Of a stretch of 64,000 nucleotides of DNA, positions 41,498 to 51,566 are shown piece by piece. A model generated the notes under the pieces. That model did no database searches and was not told the DNA's origin. It was given only the letters and a program-made list of their open reading frames with translations. Made by a program: the position numbers and the translations under genes. The stretch lies in contig OZ242180.1 in assembly GCA_965205485.1 (NCBI GenBank), positions 96,001 to 160,000 on the forward strand, read 5' to 3'. The stretch comes from Candidatus Latescibacterota bacterium. GTDB lineage: Bacteria; Latescibacterota; UBA2968; GCA-2709665. Position 1 is the stretch's first letter; each line of letters begins with the position of its first letter.

Positions 41498-42598
41498 ATG
41501 TCAGATCAGTCCGGCGGTCACGTCACGGTCTACGTCGGCACCTATACAGACGATCGGACCGAGGGCCTGCACATTCTCAAGCTGGATACGTCGTCCGGAG
41601 AGCTCGAAGCCGTATCGAAAGTGCCGGACGTACACAACCCCTTCTTCCTGACCGCCGACGCCGGGGCGCGTTTCCTGTATGCGGCCTGCGCCGTGGACGA
41701 ATTCGACGGCAGACCGGGAGGCTGCATCAAGTCGTTCTCGATCGATCCGGAATCCGGCGGCCTTACGCTGGTCGATGAACAGCACGCCGGCGGAGACCTG
41801 CCCTGCTATCTCAGCGTCGACCGGACCGGCCGTTGCCTGCTTTCCGGAAACTACGGATCGGGTAGCGTGAGCACGTTGCCGATCGACGAAGAAGGGCGTA
41901 TCGAACCGGTTGTCCAGGTGGTCCGGCACGAAGGATCCAGTGTGGATTCAGGTCGCCAGGAGGCGCCGCACGTTCACTCCATCGTCCTTTCTCCGGATCA
42001 TCGTTTCGCGTTTTCCGCGGACCTGGGTATCGACAAAGTCATGTCCTATGTTCTGGACGCATCCTCGGCAACCATCGAGCCGACCGGGCAGGGGTTTGTA
42101 TCCACCCGCGCCGGCGCCGGACCCAGACACATCTCCTTCCATCCCGACGGCAGCCGCGCGTACGTGATCAACGAACTCGACAGCACCATCGCCGCCTTCG
42201 ACTACGACGTCGAATCCGGGGCCCTCTCCGAGCGCCAGACGCTTTCCGCCCTGCCGGGCGACTACGACGGGGAGAACTTCTGCGCCGACGTCCGGGTCCA
42301 TCCATCCGGCCGTTTTCTGTACGGTTCCAACCGCGGGCACGACAGCATCGCGATCATGTCGATCGACGGAGAATCGGGCGATCTCACGCCGCTTTCCCAC
42401 GAGCCCTCGCGCGGCGCGTGGCCCTGGAACCTGGAATTCGACCCCGCGGGAGCGTTTCTCCTCGCCGCCAACCAGCGCGGCAACCTGGTCTCCTGCTTCC
42501 GGATCGACCCTGACACCGGCGCCCTCGAGCCCGTCGGATGTCCCGTGGAAGTACCCGGCGCCGTCTGTGTCGTCATTCCATCTCCGACCGTTTCCTGA
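41498..42598 (+). CDS. Lactonase family beta-propeller (6-phosphogluconolactonase-like)
   Basis: YVGTYT, NYGSGSV, RQEAPHVH, DLGIDKV, GAGPRH and SNRGHDSI. Confidence 0.92.
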   Translation: MSDQSGGHVTVYVGTYTDDRTEGLHILKLDTSSGELEAVSKVPDVHNPFFLTADAGARFLYAACAVDEFDGRPGGCIKSFSIDPESGGLTLVDEQHAGGDLPCYLSVDRTGRCLLSGNYGSGSVSTLPIDEEGRIEPVVQVVRHEGSSVDSGRQEAPHVHSIVLSPDHRFAFSADLGIDKVMSYVLDASSATIEPTGQGFVSTRAGAGPRHISFHPDGSRAYVINELDSTIAAFDYDVESGALSERQTLSALPGDYDGENFCADVRVHPSGRFLYGSNRGHDSIAIMSIDGESGDLTPLSHEPSRGAWPWNLEFDPAGAFLLAANQRGNLVSCFRIDPDTGALEPVGCPVEVPGAVCVVIPSPTVS

Positions 42599-42599
42599 A

Positions 42600-43811
42600 A
42601 TGGCACCGTCCCCTAGCGCCGGACCCCTCTCCGGATGTCGCGTACTGGAAATGGGAAGCACCGTTTCCGGACCGTTCTGCGGCCGTCTCCTCGCGGATTT
42701 CGGCGCGGAAGTCATCAAGGTGGAGCCGCCGACGGGCGACCCCGTGCGCCAGATGGGCAAACGCAGCCGGGGACGGTCGCTCTACGCGGCCAGCATTCTG
42801 CGCAACAAACACCTCATCTCGGTGGACTTGAGAAGACCGGACGGGCAGGATGTCATCAAGCGCCTGGCCAAAGCGTCCGACGTGGTCGTCGAGAATTTCC
42901 GGCCGGGAAAGCTGGAAGCATGGAACCTGGGCTTCGACGCCCTCTCCGAGGTCAACCCGGGCATCATCCTTGTACGCATCAGCGGATACGGACAGACGGG
43001 CCCATACCGGCATCGGCCCGGATACGGCGTTACGAGCGAGGCCGTGGGCGGTCTCCGGGAGATTACGGGAGAGCCGGACCGCCCGCCGAGCCGTGTGAGC
43101 ATCTCCCTGACGGACTGCATCACCGGCCTGTACGCCGCTTTCGGCGCCGTTATGGCGCTCTTTTCCCGGACCCGGACGGGCACGGGCCAGGTCGTCGACG
43201 CGGCGCTGTACGAGGGCGCGTTCAGCTTCATGGAACCCCATGTTCCTGCATTCGCCGAACTCGGTTCGGTGCCCACTCGCACCGGGTCCCGCTTGCCGAA
43301 CAGCACACCCAACAATCTCTATCCCACGGCGGACGGCAATTTCATCCACATCACGGCCGGTAACAATGCGACGTTCGAACGCCTGGCGGCCTGTATGGGC
43401 GCCCCTCACCTGGCCGGGGACGAGCGCTTCCGGACGCCCACGGCCCGGTCACGCCACGAGGACGACATCGACGAAATCGTTGCCGACTGGACGTCGGGGC
43501 ATCCGCTACCGGAACTCGAGAGCAGGCTGGACGCGAGCGCCGTACCCGCCGCCCGGATCTTTACGCTGCGGGACATTTTCGCCGACAAGCACTACGAAGC
43601 GCGGGATATGCTGCTGAAAACGCCGGATGACGTCCTGGGTACGGTTACGCTGCCTGGCGTGGTGCCCGTACTCTCGGAAACGCCGGGCGCCGTGCGTTGG
43701 TCCGGGCGGGAAGTGGGTGTGGACACACGGATCGTACTGGAACGGGTGGCGGGACTGGAACCCGACGAAATCGACGCCCTGGTCCGGCAGGAGACCGTCT
43801 ACCAGGGCTGA
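42600..43811 (+). CDS. Family III CoA-transferase (CaiB/BaiF)
   Basis: GPLSGCRVLE, LADFGAEVIKVE, RNK, ENFRPG and ISGYGQTGP. Confidence 0.92.
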   Translation: MAPSPSAGPLSGCRVLEMGSTVSGPFCGRLLADFGAEVIKVEPPTGDPVRQMGKRSRGRSLYAASILRNKHLISVDLRRPDGQDVIKRLAKASDVVVENFRPGKLEAWNLGFDALSEVNPGIILVRISGYGQTGPYRHRPGYGVTSEAVGGLREITGEPDRPPSRVSISLTDCITGLYAAFGAVMALFSRTRTGTGQVVDAALYEGAFSFMEPHVPAFAELGSVPTRTGSRLPNSTPNNLYPTADGNFIHITAGNNATFERLAACMGAPHLAGDERFRTPTARSRHEDDIDEIVADWTSGHPLPELESRLDASAVPAARIFTLRDIFADKHYEARDMLLKTPDDVLGTVTLPGVVPVLSETPGAVRWSGREVGVDTRIVLERVAGLEPDEIDALVRQETVYQG

Positions 43812-43927
43812 CAATCTAAAGAAGCGGTTCCAGCATCCCTGGCGGCAATCGCTCGGCTGCTAGAGCGTCGGATAACACGGACGGGGAACCAACGGATGGC
43901 GCACAAGCCGTCGTACTGGAGGTCCGG

Positions 43928-45494
43928 ATGAGCTGGGAGAAGGAGAGCGAGGAACTCGACGCACGCCGGTCCTGGTCCAGAAAGATGGGCGGGGCCGAGA
44001 ACGTCGAGCGCCACCACGGACAGGGAAAGCTCACCATTCGCGAACGGATCGATGCCCTGGTGGACGGCGGCTCGTTCAGGGAGGTCGGGAGCCTCACCGG
44101 CACAGGCGAGTACGACAATGCCGGTAACGTCATTGACGTACAGCCCGCCCCCTATATTATGGGCGTGGCCCGCGTCAACGGAAGACCCGTGGCCATCGGC
44201 GGGGAGGACTTTACGGTGCGGGGCGGCAGCAGCCCCGGCACGCACCGGCGAAAGGGCGGGCAGGGCGGTTTCATCGAAGACCTCGCGTCCAAGTATCTCA
44301 TTCCGCTCATCAACCTCGCGGACGGGGCCGGCGGTTCGGTCCGCGGCGCCGCAAAACGGGGATATACCGTATTTCCCGGCGTCAGCAGTTTCGGCCGCTC
44401 CGTCCAGCTCCTGGGCGAAGTCCCCGTCGTATCCGCCGTACTCGGCAGCGCGGCGGGCGGACCCGCCGGACGGGCCATCCTCTCGCACTGGTCCGTCATG
44501 GTACGACGCACGAGCCAGATATTCTCCGGCGGTCCTCCCCTCGTCAGAGCGGGCGCTGGGGGTAGAGGTATCCAAGGACGACCTTGGTGGTCCTCACGTC
44601 GCTGTGGACTCGGCCGGCACAGTCGACAACGCGGTGGATACCGAACGCGAATGCTTCTACATGATACGGCGGTTTCTGTCCTACATGCCCCAGAACGTCT
44701 GGGAACTGCCCCCCGCCGAGTCCAGCGACGACCCGGTCGACCGCCGTGAGGAAGAGCTGTTATCCATTGTCCCTCGCGAACGCACCTCACCCTACTCGAT
44801 GCACCGCCTGGTCGAACTGGTTGTCGACAAGGGCTCCGTCTTTGAGATTCAGCCGACGTTCGGGCGCGCGCTCATCACCTGCCTCGCACGGCTCAACGGC
44901 CATCCGGTGGGAATTGTCGCCAACAACCCGATGGTTTCCGGCGGGGCGATGGGCGCCGGCGAAGCCAGAAAACAGACCCACTTCATCGAACTGTGCGACT
45001 GTTTCCACATCCCGCTGGTCTTCTTTGTGGACATCCCCGGATTCATGATCGGCACCGCCGCCGAGCAGGAGGCCACCTTGCGGGAAGGGATGAAAGCGGT
45101 GTTCGCGATTCACCGCGTCCAAGTGCCCATCCTCACCCTGGTGATCCGGAAGTGTTACGGCATGGCCGGAATGGCCGCCGGCGACATGGACGAACTGGAC
45201 TTCAAGATCGCCTGGCCCTCCGGAGAGTGGGGCTCCCTGCCCATCGAAGGCGGGGTGGCCGCCGCCTACCGGCGGGATATCGCCAACTCCGAGGACCCGG
45301 CCGCCCGCGAAAAGGAACTCGAAGAGGAACTTCGACAATACGCGTCCCCGTTTCGCTCCGCGGAAGCCTTCGCTGTCGAGGAAATCATCGATCCGCGCGA
45401 GACCCGCCCCTTTCTCTGCAACTTCATTTCCCTCACGCGCAATCGCCTCCAGGCCCTGCTCGGGCCAACCGACAAGAGAGGCGTATCGCCTTAG
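43928..45494 (+). CDS. Acyl-CoA carboxylase carboxyltransferase subunit (frameshift at ~44546)
   Basis: GKLTIRERI, DFTVRGGS and GGPPLV, then a frame change to LGGPHV, FVDIPGFMIG and IIDPRETR. Confidence 0.88.
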
Positions 45495-46250
45495 ATGGGC
45501 CGCACATCCCCCGCCACCGTACCCAACCCGGCCGTCAGCTGAGAACGAAAGGCAGAGTCGAAACCGACCCCTCCTCCCTGCCCCGCAGACCTCTCTCCCC
45601 GGCCCTCTCTCCCGCAGGGAGAGAGGGAGGAAAGACAGGTCTCGCCACATCAATGTATTTCACAGCTGGCGACCGGGGGTATGGGGGGTTTTTCCGTGCT
45701 GATCCGTCCATCGCATTGGTATTGGCACTGCTGAAGTGTTGGCAGGCCACCCCATTCTCATTATTGCCTCCGGAGTGATTCACGGAAAAACCGACCCCCT
45801 GCCGAAGGGCGCGCTTCTTTTTGGTCCTTTTTCTTACGCAGATAAGAAAATGGACGTAAATAAAATAAAAATAATGATTTGAATGTAAAAATAGCGACCT
45901 GTATTAAACAAACCCGTCTATTGTCTTTGCGAGGGCATGCCTACGGCCCCTCGAGGCATCGGATAACTGCTCGCACACGGTGTTACCTCTTCCGTCTAAC
46001 CGCCTCTTCGACCTGAATGACCTACACAAGGCGATCAGTCTCTCAGCCTTCAGCAGTCAGCTAATAGGGGAAAACCAAAGTCAAAGGCAACCCCTCCTCG
46101 TGACGCGAAGTTCCCACGAGGAGAGAGGGAGGAAAAACAGCTTTCGCGTGCCCTCGCTCCGGTTACGGGTGGATCATGTCGTGAAAACGGTTCAGAAAGG
46201 ACGATTTTGGGGAACAGGTGTGACTTAATTTGATATTCATGTATAAAATC

Positions 46251-46266
46251 TTGTATATTGATACAA
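46251..46266. promoter_or_regulatory. Palindromic operator candidate upstream of the antitoxin gene
   Basis: TTGTAT-ATTG-ATACAA overlapping a TTGATA...TATATT promoter-like sequence. Confidence 0.5.
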
Positions 46267-46294
46267 AAATATGATATCACCCATGGAGGCGCAG

Positions 46295-46609
46295 ATGGCC
46301 AATGACAGGACGCTGCACATCAAGATCGACAGCGAGACGGACCTGACGCTGAAGAGACTCTCGGAGATCCGTCGAAAAAGCAGGGGACAGCTTGTGCGGG
46401 ACGCGATTTCGGCCTGTTATCAGACCGCGTCCGCAGAGTTGCCGCTCCGGCAAAGCCAGGCGCTGGCCGCCTATCAGGGCGGGTTCATCAGCATCGGGAA
46501 GCTCGCCAGAGAAATGGGAATGCACGTGTTGCAGCTGAGATCGTGGCTCGAGGAACACGGCATCCCCCAGCGCAACGTCTACGGCGACGAGGATGCCGCT
46601 CGTGCCTGA
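46295..46609 (+). CDS. RHH + UPF0175-like putative antitoxin
   Basis: RTLHIKID...LVRDAI ribbon-helix-helix pattern; YQGGFISIGKLAREMGM; GGAGG RBS. Confidence 0.75.
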   Translation: MANDRTLHIKIDSETDLTLKRLSEIRRKSRGQLVRDAISACYQTASAELPLRQSQALAAYQGGFISIGKLAREMGMHVLQLRSWLEEHGIPQRNVYGDEDAARA

Positions 46610-46721
46610 GACAGGCTGCGATTATTATTTCGACACCGTAACCCTGAGCAATTTCGCGCTGTCGGGCCGCACATCCACCCTGCCCCGCCCACGACCCCCA
46701 GCCGTCAGCTATCAGCCGTAA
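46602..46721 (+). pseudogene. Truncated PIN-type toxin
   Basis: GTG start overlapping the antitoxin stop; YYFDTVTLSNFALSGR resembles a PIN N-terminus, then runs into repeats and stops at 39 aa. Confidence 0.6.
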
Positions 46722-47211
46722 GCTGCCAGCGAAGTACGAAAGGCAAGACCGAAACGGCGGGCGACCACAAGGGTCGCCCCTACAAAGCAAACGTCGTTGC
46801 GGAAAGAAGTGACAGAAAACAAAGTTACCGCTGCTTCTTCCTTCTTCCCTTTTCCTTCTTCCTTCTTCCTTTTTCTTATTCTCCCCAAATTCCCTGCCTA
46901 CGGCGTGTTCCTTTTGAAGCGACCAAAAGGAACCAAAAGTCGCCGCTGGGCGCGGGGCCTGCCTTATGCATGGCGCGAATTACCCAACCGGATACACTCG
47001 ATCCTCTGGCCTGCCAACCCCGGAGGATAACGTAAATTGGTGGGGGACGGAACAACGCGCCCTGCTCTGAAAGTACTCGCGAGAGACTTCGCGCTCGATA
47101 ACCGAAAAACTACCTGAGTGCGAGACGTTCCACCCCGGTCCCTCAGAAAAAGCCGTCAGTTGTCAGCAAAATCAGAAAACCAAATCAGTCGACGTCAGCG
47201 CTGTCGTCCGA

Positions 47212-49111
47212 TCACGGGGAAACATCGAGGGCGGACCGCCGGTTCTCTACTGCGATGATGGCGGTAACCAGCAGGGCGGATCCGTGCAGCCAGACCCGGT
47301 ATGCGCCGGAAGGCGTCAGAAACAGGACGAGCGCGGCAACCAGCAGAATGCCGCGTTGCCACGTATTGACGGGCCCGAAACCGAATCCCGATATGGCCAC
47401 TGCAAGGGGTAGAATCCCGGCGAAGGCGACGAGCACGTTGCCGAGGGTCGACGCAACGTTGGAGGAAACGAGTAACAGTTCGGGATGCAGTACAAAGGCG
47501 TAGGGAAGGGCGAAGCCGACCAGTGCGAAACGAAACGCGGCGACGCCGGTCCGCATGATGTCCGCCCTGGCGATCGCCGCGGCCGTGTATGCCGCGAGCG
47601 CCACGGGCGGCGTCACCATCGACATCATCCCGAAATAGAAGATGAACATATGCGCCGCCAGGGGAACGACGCCTAGCCCGCCCAGGACGGGGCCGACAAG
47701 CGTGGCCATGAGGAGGTAGCATACGGCCGATGGCAGGCCCATTCCCAGAATGATCGTGGATACCATCAGCAGAATCAGGGCAAGGACCAGGTTGTTCTGG
47801 GCCAGCGGCAGAATGGCGCCGGGCAGTTTGGCGCCGATACCCGTCAACGTGACAACCCCGATGATGATTCCCACGCAGGCGGCAGCCGCGATGAGAGAAA
47901 CCCCGCCGTGGGCCGCGCTCTCCACCGCGCGCAGCAGCGCGCGCGGCCCCATTCGCGTCGACGGCATCAATGCGGCCGCCAGGAGCATGCACGCCAGCGC
48001 GATGCTGACCGCCCGGAACGGCGTATAGCCCGCGACGATCAGCAGAATGAGACTCGCGAGAGCCACCAGAAAGACAAGGCCCTGAGCGCCCGGCGGACGA
48101 CTCGACGGGCGCTTCATCCCCGGAGGCAACCCGGATGCGCCGGGCGTGGAAGTGGACGATCAGCAGAAGCGCGGTATAGTAGAATACCGCAGGGATGAGC
48201 GCCGCTTTTACGATCTCCAGATAGGTGACCGCCGGCTCCACCATCTCCAGCATCATATATGCGCCAGCGCCCATGATCGGCGGCACCAGCGCCCCGCCCG
48301 AGCTGGCCGCCGCCTCGATCCCCCCCGCCGTCACGGACCGGAATCCTGCCGAACGCATCATCGGGATCGTGAACGTACCCGTTGTGGCCGTGTTGGCGAC
48401 CGCGCTGCCGGAAAGCGATCCCATGATCCCTGAAGCGACGACGGCAACCTTCGCAGGGCCCCCGGTACGCTTCCCGAAAAACCGGCGCGCGGCATCCAGC
48501 ACGTAGCCCGTCGCGCCGGTCCCCTCCAGCGTCGTGCCGAACAGGACGAAGAGAAACACATAGGTGAACATCACCTTCAGCGCGATGCCGAATACGCCCT
48601 GGGAATGCAGAAAAGCCTGGGAGACGATCCGCTCCCAGCCGTAACCCCGGTGCGGGAAGAGCCAGTCCGGCATGACGTGACCGAAGGCGGCATATGCCAG
48701 GAACGCGAGGGCGAGCAGCGGAAGGGTGGGGCCGATCGCCCGTCGGGTCGCCTCCAGGACCAGAATGAGGCCGGCAAGACCCACTGTCCAGTCCAGCGGA
48801 TGTTCGAGCCCCGCACGATTGCCAAGGCTTCGGCCGCCCGGCCACCAGCTCCTGAAGACCGGTTCGGTCTGGACCAGCACGTAACCGAAACAAAGGAAAA
48901 CACCCGCGACCAGCAGGTAATCCAGAATCCGCGGAAGCGCCGTCCGGGCGGCGCCGGCGCATAACGGGTACTTCAGGAATACAAGACTCAAGCCCAACAT
49001 GGCGAAGAATGCCAGTTGGGCTTGAGGCGTCAGTCCCGGATAGTTGACCTCCGCCAGGACAAAAACACCCAGCAGGGTCGCCAGGACGCGAAAGAGCCAC
49101 ATTTCGAGCAT
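47212..49111 (-). CDS. TRAP transporter fused 4TM/12TM permease (frameshift near 48090)
   Basis: LEATRRAIG, GGPAKVAV, SGSAVAN and PPIMGAGAY, then a second frame with LGMGLPS and VTPPVALAAY. Confidence 0.9.
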
Positions 49112-49112
49112 G

Positions 49113-50111
49113 TCAGTTCGGCCAGATCCCGATTTCCCGGTAATACCTGATCGCGCCGGGATGGAAGGGCGTTCCCGTATCCCGAATCACGTTCGCCGGA
49201 TGAATCGCTCTGCCCGCGGGGTGCTTCCTGACCACGTCCCCGCGGTTCTCGTAGAGGATCTTCGTGAACCGGTAGACGGTCTCCTCGTCCAGGGCGGCCG
49301 GCGTCACCAGGTGCATTGCGCCCACGTTCATGCCTTCGAAGACTTCGGACTGGCCCCGGTAGGTTTCCGCGGGAATACTCGCCGCGTTGAAGAACGGATA
49401 GTCCTGAAACAGGCGTTCCTTTTCGGGGATTCCGAAGGGGATGAAGCGGATGTCCTGAGACGCGCTCGCCTGGGTGATGGACGCCGTTGGAACCGCGCCG
49501 CCCAGAAACGCGGCCGCTGCGGAGCCGTCCGCAAGCATATCCACGGCCCCGGCCTGCGTATTGTGCAGCGGGCTGAAGTCATCGTAGGTGACGCCGTGCG
49601 CCTCCAGAATCGGCGCGAGAAAATACTCGAAGCCGGCCCCGGCCGGGCCAACGACCACCCGTTTGCCCTTGAGATCGCCGATGGAGCGGATCCCGGATCC
49701 CTCCGTCGTAACGAACAGGGCGATATTCGGCGCCAGCGTCATGACGGCGTTGATGTCCTGCTTTACACCCCAGGCGCCCTCGCCGCGCACCGCGAAATAG
49801 GAAATCGCGGCATTGGCCAGGGCGAAGTCCAGTTCCCCGCGCACGAGGCGCCGGATGTTCTCCTGCGTCCCCTTGGTCGCCTCCGCGGTCACGTCCCACG
49901 ACAGGGCTCCCCCGTGGTCGTCCACGACCTGTGCGATCGCCCCGCCAACCACGAAAAACGCCCCGCCGGGCGGCGCCGTGCCCACGCTCAGAAACCGGCG
50001 CGCGGGGACGGATCTTTCCTGCTCATTGTCCGGGGCCTCGCATCCAAACGTACCCAGCAGGATGATGGCGGCTGCGACGCCCGCCGGTTTCAATGCCAGG
50101 AAGCGGTTCAT
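49113..50111 (-). CDS. TAXI-family TRAP solute-binding protein
   Basis: GTAPPGGAFF, ATKGTQENI, DLKGKRV and PFHPGAIRYY; lipobox-like TFGC. Confidence 0.92.
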   Translation of the reverse strand: MNRFLALKPAGVAAAIILLGTFGCEAPDNEQERSVPARRFLSVGTAPPGGAFFVVGGAIAQVVDDHGGALSWDVTAEATKGTQENIRRLVRGELDFALANAAISYFAVRGEGAWGVKQDINAVMTLAPNIALFVTTEGSGIRSIGDLKGKRVVVGPAGAGFEYFLAPILEAHGVTYDDFSPLHNTQAGAVDMLADGSAAAAFLGGAVPTASITQASASQDIRFIPFGIPEKERLFQDYPFFNAASIPAETYRGQSEVFEGMNVGAMHLVTPAALDEETVYRFTKILYENRGDVVRKHPAGRAIHPANVIRDTGTPFHPGAIRYYREIGIWPN

Positions 50112-50151
50112 CGAAACTCCTCTCTCTATTCGGCTGCGCGTTCGAGGTCTG

Positions 50152-51447
50152 TCAATTCGTCCGGTCTTCCGCGATACAATAGAGATGGCTGCGTCCTCTC
50201 AAATAGAGTTTATCCCCCACAACCACCGGAGATGCACCGCTCCCTTCATCCAGGGTATTCGTCGCCAGGATTTCGAATTCAGGGCCGTTCCGGATGACGA
50301 GCGTCCTGCCCTCGAGGTCAGAAATGTATACGCGGTTGTCCGCGCCGACCAGCGACCCGTAGATGAAGCCCGTTCCTTCAAGGCGTATGGGCCCGAAAAT
50401 CGGCTTTCCGTCATCCGCGTTATAGCAGGACAGGAACGCTCCCCTGCCTTTCAGCATGAACAACCGGCCGGCGTATAGCAGGGGTGAAGACACATAGGGT
50501 GTATCCCGGGTGATGGACCACAACACCGAGTCCGAACCGGAGATATCGCCCTTTGCGCGGTCCAGCGAGATGGCCTGCATCGCGGGACTCCTGTGACCGC
50601 TGGCCACGTATACGACCCCGTCCGCATGTAGCGGAGTGGGGATCACGTTCGTGCCCAGCCCGCCGCATTCCCAGATCAGCGCGCCGGACTTCAGGTCGTA
50701 GCTCCGTGTGCGGCGCGACGCACTGACGATCACCTGGGTCTGCTCGCCGTGGTCGACGGTCATTGGCGTGGACCAGGAAGTCACTTCATCTCGTGCGTTG
50801 CGCCACAGCTCCCTTCCCGTTGTCTTGTCCAGCGCGACGATGAACGAATCCCCTTCGTGGTCCCAATTGATCACCAGGGTGTTGCCATGGACCGTTGGCG
50901 AAGCCCCCTCGCCGAACGCGGCCCTGCTCCAGAATTTGCCCAGATCTTTCTCCCACTTCAGATTGCCGTCCATATCGAGGCAATAGAGTCCCTGCGATCC
51001 AAAAAACGCATAGAGGTTTTCGCCGTCCGTAATGCCCGAGGGCGAGGCGAACGATGCCGTCCGGTGCATCCCCTCGTGAGGCCTGGCTTCCCGAACCGTC
51101 TTTTCCCAGACCCTTTCCCCGGTCCGCCGGTCCAGCGCGATGACTCTGTACTGGAACAGATTGGGCGGCGGGCGGCGCCTTCCCCTGCCGGTGTCCGTCA
51201 CAACTTTGTCAGTCTTTACGGCGGTCTGCACGAAGATACGATCGCCCCAGACAATCGGCGTCGCGTGGCCCAGACCCGGAATGGGCGCCTTCCATCGGAT
51301 ATTCTTCTGTTCGCTCCACTGTACGGGCGGACTCCCGTCGACCAGCCCGTTGCGGTTCGGACCGCGCCAATGCGGCCAGTTCGACGCCGCCGGTCCGGCT
51401 TCAAGTACCAGACAGAAAGCGGCCAGGGATAAAGTCATTCGGTTCAT
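50152..51447 (-). CDS. PQQ-like (BamB-type) beta-propeller protein
   Basis: Signal peptide, NWPHWRGP, ATPIVWGDRIF, and repeated ALD..TG..W blades. Confidence 0.88.
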   Translation of the reverse strand: MNRMTLSLAAFCLVLEAGPAASNWPHWRGPNRNGLVDGSPPVQWSEQKNIRWKAPIPGLGHATPIVWGDRIFVQTAVKTDKVVTDTGRGRRRPPPNLFQYRVIALDRRTGERVWEKTVREARPHEGMHRTASFASPSGITDGENLYAFFGSQGLYCLDMDGNLKWEKDLGKFWSRAAFGEGASPTVHGNTLVINWDHEGDSFIVALDKTTGRELWRNARDEVTSWSTPMTVDHGEQTQVIVSASRRTRSYDLKSGALIWECGGLGTNVIPTPLHADGVVYVASGHRSPAMQAISLDRAKGDISGSDSVLWSITRDTPYVSSPLLYAGRLFMLKGRGAFLSCYNADDGKPIFGPIRLEGTGFIYGSLVGADNRVYISDLEGRTLVIRNGPEFEILATNTLDEGSGASPVVVGDKLYLRGRSHLYCIAEDRTN

Positions 51448-51566
51448 TCCAGGCTCCTTTCGCCACGGAAAGACGGAGAACGCGGGATCTGCGTATCCTC
51501 AACTGAATATACGACGCGCGATTCCAAATCTGAAAACCTATTGTCGCCGCACTCTCGAAGCGGCTG

